From: Callorhinchus milii
Lineage: Eukaryota
Direction: 5' to 3'
Assembly: GCF_018977255.1 (NCBI RefSeq)
Contig: NW_024704742.1
Span: 84,570,001 to 84,634,000 of the forward strand
Length of the DNA: 64,000 bases
Below are positions 61,873-64,000 of the stretch, piece after piece. The notes below the pieces were generated by a model, which worked only from the letters and a program-made list of their open reading frames with translations, was not told the DNA's origin and made no database searches. The translations under genes and the position numbers were made by a program. Every line of letters starts with the position of its first letter. The first letter of the stretch is position 1.

Positions 61873-63398
61873 AATTTTAATTCAGTTAAAAGTAGGGGAA
61901 TGATTGAATTTTGAATCTCAAAAAAAACCTTTCCGAGCAATTGTTTTGGTAACTTAATCATAAAAAATTGAAACTTTAGTATGAATTTGGCTCAGTGTAA
62001 CTCCTAAAATCCGATCATGCACAGAAACAAACTCCCTCCGAGCAGTTGTTTTGGTAAATGTTTTCATGAAAAATTGAAGTCTTGAAAGCTAGTACTTGAC
62101 AATTATAATCTTTTTTTCCGGAACTTTGAAGTATGAAATTGAAGTTGAATACATCTCACCAACTTTGGTACCTTAACTCTCTCCTCGTCGGCCTTCCCGG
62201 CACCTCCCTCCACAAGCTGCAGGTCATTCAGAACTCTGCAGCTCGTGTACTGTCCCGCACCAGGCTTCGGGACCACATCACTCCCACCCTCGCTCGCCTC
62301 CACTGGCTCCCCATCCCCCAGAGGATCGAATTCAAGATCCTCATCCTCACCTACAAGGCCATTCACGGCCTCGCTCCCTCCTACCTCTCCAACCTACTAT
62401 CCCCCTACTTACCTGCCCGTACCCTCCGTTCCTCTGCTCCACATCCCCCACCCTAACCGCCCTACCATCGGTGGCCGGGCCTTCAGCCTCTCAGCCCCTG
62501 GGCTCTGGAACTCCATCCCCCAGGACCTTCGCCGCCTCCTCCCTTTCCTCCTTCAAGGCCGGTCTCAAGACCTTTCTCTTCAACCGTGCCTTCAGCTCCC
62601 CTCTCGACTCTCTACCCCCTCCTCGCTCCCTCCCTTCCCTCCCCTCACCCTGACCATTTCCCCTCTGCTCGGGTCCCGACCCAACTGTCCAGCGCCTTGG
62701 GATGTCCTCCCAACGTGAAAGGCGCGCTATAAATGCAATCTTGTTGTTGTTGTTAAGCTCTCTCCTGGAAGGTTTGCTTATGTTGTTTTCCTTCTCAGAT
62801 GTAAAGGTAAATGATGTTGTTCCATGGGTTCTGGATATAATCCTGAAGAAATACATTGTTAGTCCTAATTCCCATGTCCGCCAGGCTTCCTGTGTCTGGC
62901 TTTTGTCACTGGTGAAAAAACTGAGTCAGCACAAGGAGATCAAGGTCAGTACATTTGTCTAATATATACTGTAGACATTTTCAAACTAGTTGTAGATATT
63001 CCATGGAAATTAGACTTCTCGATGAAAGATTCAATTCATCAACATTACATTCAGTTTTAAAGTGGCAAACAATCTCAAGGTAGTTATTTCGTGTAAACAT
63101 TTTGGTCATTGAAATAGTATTGCAGTTCAGTCAACTCAACTTTACAGAAGCTACCTAATGTAGCGCCTGTCTTAAAAAGCCCCCACCCTTGAACATTCAC
63201 ACTGGTCTAGGTAAGCTGTGTTCAATCGGCAGTGTGTTTCCATGTTTTTCTTGACATTTATTTTGTTGGCTGACCAAAAAGATTGGCATGATTGATCTAA
63301 AGAAACATACACGTGTAACATGACTGTTCATTTTTCTTCACAGTCTCATCTGAAGGAAATTCAGAGTGCATTCATTTCAGTTCTGTCTGAGAATGATG
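25680..63398 (+). CDS. ECPAS: ECPAS/ECM29 proteasome adaptor and scaffold (HEAT-repeat protein), coding exons 1-26 (984 codons); 3' part lies beyond the window
   Basis: Spliced translation [43 protein letters not shown]...[18 protein letters not shown] is colinear with vertebrate ECM29 as I recall it. All 25 introns are GT-AG with compatible phases; exon lengths sum to 2953 nt. Confidence 0.97.
25826..26145 (+). repeat. 67-bp direct duplication (25826-25892; 26079-26145) plus a (GGTGGGGGAGGGGAT)n tract at ~26021-26080
   Basis: The two copies differ at one base. Confidence 0.9.
26483..26606. mobile_element. Penelope-like terminal fragment with an inverted partial duplication
   Basis: Homologous to 6430-6525; 27-bp inverted repeat at 26543-26569 / 26580-26606. 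Confidence 0.65.
26629..26929 (+). mobile_element. SINE family A variant with a longer post-tRNA segment
   Basis: tRNA head, then ctctgtttacctaacagtaagcaggaacccggttg, then tail. Confidence 0.85.
26978..27435 (+). mobile_element. Deu-domain SINE
   Basis: Colinear with 8468-8880. Confidence 0.8.
29452..32350 (+). mobile_element. Young L2 LINE, near-complete ORF2 (APE endonuclease + RT), frameshifted, in ECPAS intron 1
   Basis: [29 protein letters not shown] (APE); [36 protein letters not shown] (RT); TSD TGTTCTCC at 29444-29451 and 32347-32354. Confidence 0.95.
32892..33022 (+). CDS. ECPAS: ECPAS exon 2
   Basis: ttttag|ACCAA...AAG|gtaaat; [43 protein letters not shown]. Confidence 0.96.
33463..33579 (+). 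CDS. ECPAS: ECPAS exon 3
   Basis: ttcag|GTC...ACC|gtgagt; [39 protein letters not shown]. Confidence 0.96.
34095..34213 (+). CDS. ECPAS: ECPAS exon 4
   Basis: ctccag|AAC...AG|gtatt; [39 protein letters not shown]. Confidence 0.96.
34305..34910 (+). mobile_element. Cluster of degraded Deu-domain SINE pieces (others at ~50690-50945, 58775-59000, 63525-63790)
   Basis: ttaaagatcccatggcactattcaaaaagagaagggagttt motif. Confidence 0.7.
35280..35429 (+). CDS. ECPAS: ECPAS exon 5
   Basis: tttcag|C...GG|gtgagt; [14 protein letters not shown]...[13 protein letters not shown]. Confidence 0.96.
36511..36667 (+). CDS. ECPAS: ECPAS exon 6
   Basis: ttttag|G...CAG|gtacc; FILSEPQN...[23 protein letters not shown]. 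Confidence 0.95.
37584..37723 (+). CDS. ECPAS: ECPAS exon 7
   Basis: aacag|TGT...AG|gtaaga; [46 protein letters not shown]. Confidence 0.96.
37934..40496 (+). mobile_element. Full-length, inactivated hAT DNA transposon (Charlie/Buster group, SPIN/GTF2IRD2-like transposase) in ECPAS intron 7
   Basis: 13-bp perfect TIRs CAGGGGTGGGCAA (37934-37946; 40484-40496); 8-bp TSD GTCTACGC/GTCTAGGC; transposase remnants inside. Confidence 0.95.
38457..40259 (+). pseudogene. Disrupted hAT transposase
   Basis: KKRK NLS, CLIC zinc-finger start, [32 protein letters not shown] motifs split over four ORFs; frameshifts near 38870-38895, 39525 and 39950, and a TGA at 39506-39508. Confidence 0.92.
41141..41222 (+). 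CDS. ECPAS: ECPAS exon 8
   Basis: tcacag|C...GAG|gtaagt; [27 protein letters not shown]. Confidence 0.96.
41822..42045 (-). mobile_element. SINE family A, 5'-truncated, just upstream of the exon 9 acceptor
   Basis: Matches the 3' two-thirds of 17449-17772. Confidence 0.9.
42096..42215 (+). CDS. ECPAS: ECPAS exon 9
   Basis: tttacag|GGA...CAG|gtatg; [40 protein letters not shown]. Confidence 0.95.
43281..43366 (+). CDS. ECPAS: ECPAS exon 10
   Basis: ccacag|GTG...GT|gtaagt; [28 protein letters not shown]. Confidence 0.96.
44829..44907 (+). CDS. ECPAS: ECPAS exon 11
   Basis: cacag|C...GAG|gtaaga; [26 protein letters not shown]. Confidence 0.96.
45758..45807 (+). CDS. ECPAS: ECPAS exon 12
   Basis: ctcaag|GAT...AG|gtgaat; [16 protein letters not shown]. 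Confidence 0.95.
46990..47056 (+). CDS. ECPAS: ECPAS exon 13
   Basis: tacag|C...AAG|gtgagt; [22 protein letters not shown]. Confidence 0.95.
47147..47269 (+). CDS. ECPAS: ECPAS exon 14
   Basis: ttttag|GAA...AAG|gtatgt; [41 protein letters not shown]; preceded by a 90-nt intron. Confidence 0.95.
47985..48088 (+). CDS. ECPAS: ECPAS exon 15
   Basis: ctgcag|CCT...CC|gtaagt; [34 protein letters not shown]. Confidence 0.96.
48344..48470 (+). CDS. ECPAS: ECPAS exon 16
   Basis: atattag|A...AAG|gtaatt; [16 protein letters not shown]...[13 protein letters not shown]; acceptor lacks a strong pyrimidine tract. Confidence 0.92.
48910..48990 (+). CDS. ECPAS: ECPAS exon 17
   Basis: ttaacag|GCT...GAG|gtaagg; [27 protein letters not shown]. 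Confidence 0.95.
49190..49560 (+). mobile_element. Degraded CR1 3' fragment
   Basis: [14 protein letters not shown] remnant and ...ctgtagatttctatgg tail; similar to 2060-2230. Confidence 0.75.
51122..51332 (+). CDS. ECPAS: ECPAS exon 18
   Basis: ttacag|ATT...G|gtaggc; [21 protein letters not shown]...[18 protein letters not shown]. Confidence 0.95.
51583..51899 (-). mobile_element. SINE family A (full length)
   Basis: Near-identical to 17449-17772. Confidence 0.92.
52050..52141 (+). CDS. ECPAS: ECPAS exon 19
   Basis: gttcag|GA...AAG|gtatgt; [30 protein letters not shown]. Confidence 0.95.
52363..54850 (+). mobile_element. Older L2 subfamily copy (APE + RT, internal deletions), interrupted by an antisense SINE fragment at ~52408-52515
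   Basis: [19 protein letters not shown] joins across the [12 protein letters not shown]...[13 protein letters not shown]2 tail at 54790-54850. Confidence 0.9.
55005..55512 (+). mobile_element. Young L2 3' fragment
   Basis: Near-identical to other young L2 3' ends, with stem-loop tail and TTG repeats. Confidence 0.92.
55677..55808 (+). CDS. ECPAS: ECPAS exon 20
   Basis: gaaaag|GGT...CAT|gtaagc; [44 protein letters not shown]. Confidence 0.94.
56084..56246 (+). CDS. ECPAS: ECPAS exon 21
   Basis: cctcag|AGC...G|gtaatt; [22 protein letters not shown]...LIQSTTETI. Confidence 0.95.
56336..56508 (+). CDS. ECPAS: ECPAS exon 22
   Basis: tttcag|CT...AAG|gtgagt; [33 protein letters not shown]...IPSSKESNK. 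Confidence 0.96.
56860..57730 (+). mobile_element. Degraded L2 remnants (two or three stacked 3' ends)
   Basis: C-rich L2-like RT C-terminus ([13 protein letters not shown]...ILTYKSL) and tails at ~57590-57650 and ~57690-57725. Confidence 0.7.
57776..57877 (+). CDS. ECPAS: ECPAS exon 23
   Basis: ctgtag|ATG...GAG|gtactc; [34 protein letters not shown]. Confidence 0.96.
58330..58750 (-). mobile_element. Degraded L2 fragment
   Basis: Antisense LQLIQNSA...VNFKVL remnant. Confidence 0.6.
60638..60761 (+). CDS. ECPAS: ECPAS exon 24
   Basis: ttttag|GCA...G|gtaagt; [41 protein letters not shown]. Confidence 0.96.
61167..61468 (-). mobile_element. SINE family A (full length)
   Basis: tRNA head, body and tail. 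Confidence 0.9.
61826..61870. repeat. (GT)n(AT)n microsatellite
   Basis: gtgtgtgtatgtatatatatatatat... Confidence 0.9.
62175..62754 (+). mobile_element. Young L2 3' fragment ending ~45 nt before the exon 25 acceptor
   Basis: [32 protein letters not shown] plus L2 tail. Confidence 0.92.
62799..62944 (+). CDS. ECPAS: ECPAS exon 25
   Basis: tctcag|AT...AAG|gtcagt; [48 protein letters not shown]. Confidence 0.96.
63344..63398 (+). CDS. ECPAS: ECPAS exon 26
   Basis: tcacag|TCT...G|gtaagt; [18 protein letters not shown]. Confidence 0.95.
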
Positions 63399-64000
63399 GT
63401 AAGTGCCTCTGGAGGGCTGCATGTTTAAACCTATCATAAGGTCACAGCTGAGTGAAATATAAAGGTCAAGTGAACTCATTGATTGTGTTACAACTTTAAT
63501 CTCACTGTTAAATATTGGATAGATAGGTGGCTCAGTTGGTAAACACTCTTACGTCCGAGTCAGAAGGTTGTAAGCCCCCCATACGGATTTTGAACTCAGT
63601 TTAGGCCGACTCTCCAATATAGTATTGGGAAGTGCGGCATAGTAGAATGCGCTGCTCTTAAAATGAGATGTTAAACTAAGGTCCTGTTTGCCTCTTTAGA
63701 TGGACATTAAAAATTCTACGGAGTCCAGTGTGCTGGCCTCAATCAATATTGTAATAAGAATAATAATAATAAAAAATAATAATCATTTCACCATCAACAG
63801 TAATGGACAGAGTTTGGGCAGTTTCAGTCCTATTACCAGTAGATGAGGATCCAGTTGAATACTTGCATAGACTGCCATTACAATAACAACTTGGATTTAT
63901 ATAGCGCCCTCCACGCCGGACGGCATCTCAGAGCGCTTTACAGTAACGGATCCTGGGACTGAGCCAGGGGGAGGGGGAGGAAGGTGACCAAAGGTGCAGT

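Overview
Vertebrate genomic DNA, almost certainly a cartilaginous fish (probably a chimaera/holocephalan, inferred from the repeat families). The only confidently identified gene is ECPAS (ECM29/KIAA0368, proteasome adaptor and scaffold) on the + strand. I traced 26 coding exons from the ATG at 25680 to 63398; all introns are GT-AG, all phases are consistent, they encode 984 codons, and the gene continues past the window. A ~550-bp G-rich GC-box minisatellite ends ~40 bp before the ATG. The rest is repeat-rich: young and old L2 LINEs, CR1 LINEs, two tRNA-derived SINE families that share a 3' part and an L2-type tail, Penelope-type fragments with degenerate minimal hammerhead-ribozyme cores, and a full-length but inactivated 2.56-kb hAT (Charlie/SPIN-like) DNA transposon with intact TIRs and an 8-bp TSD in ECPAS intron 7. 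Many insertions are nested. I found no new protein-coding system. The most interesting signals are the promoter minisatellite, the hAT element, the hammerhead-like motifs, frameshifts shared between L2 copies, and LINE/SINE tail covariation. Family names come from my recall of motifs, not from a database search.
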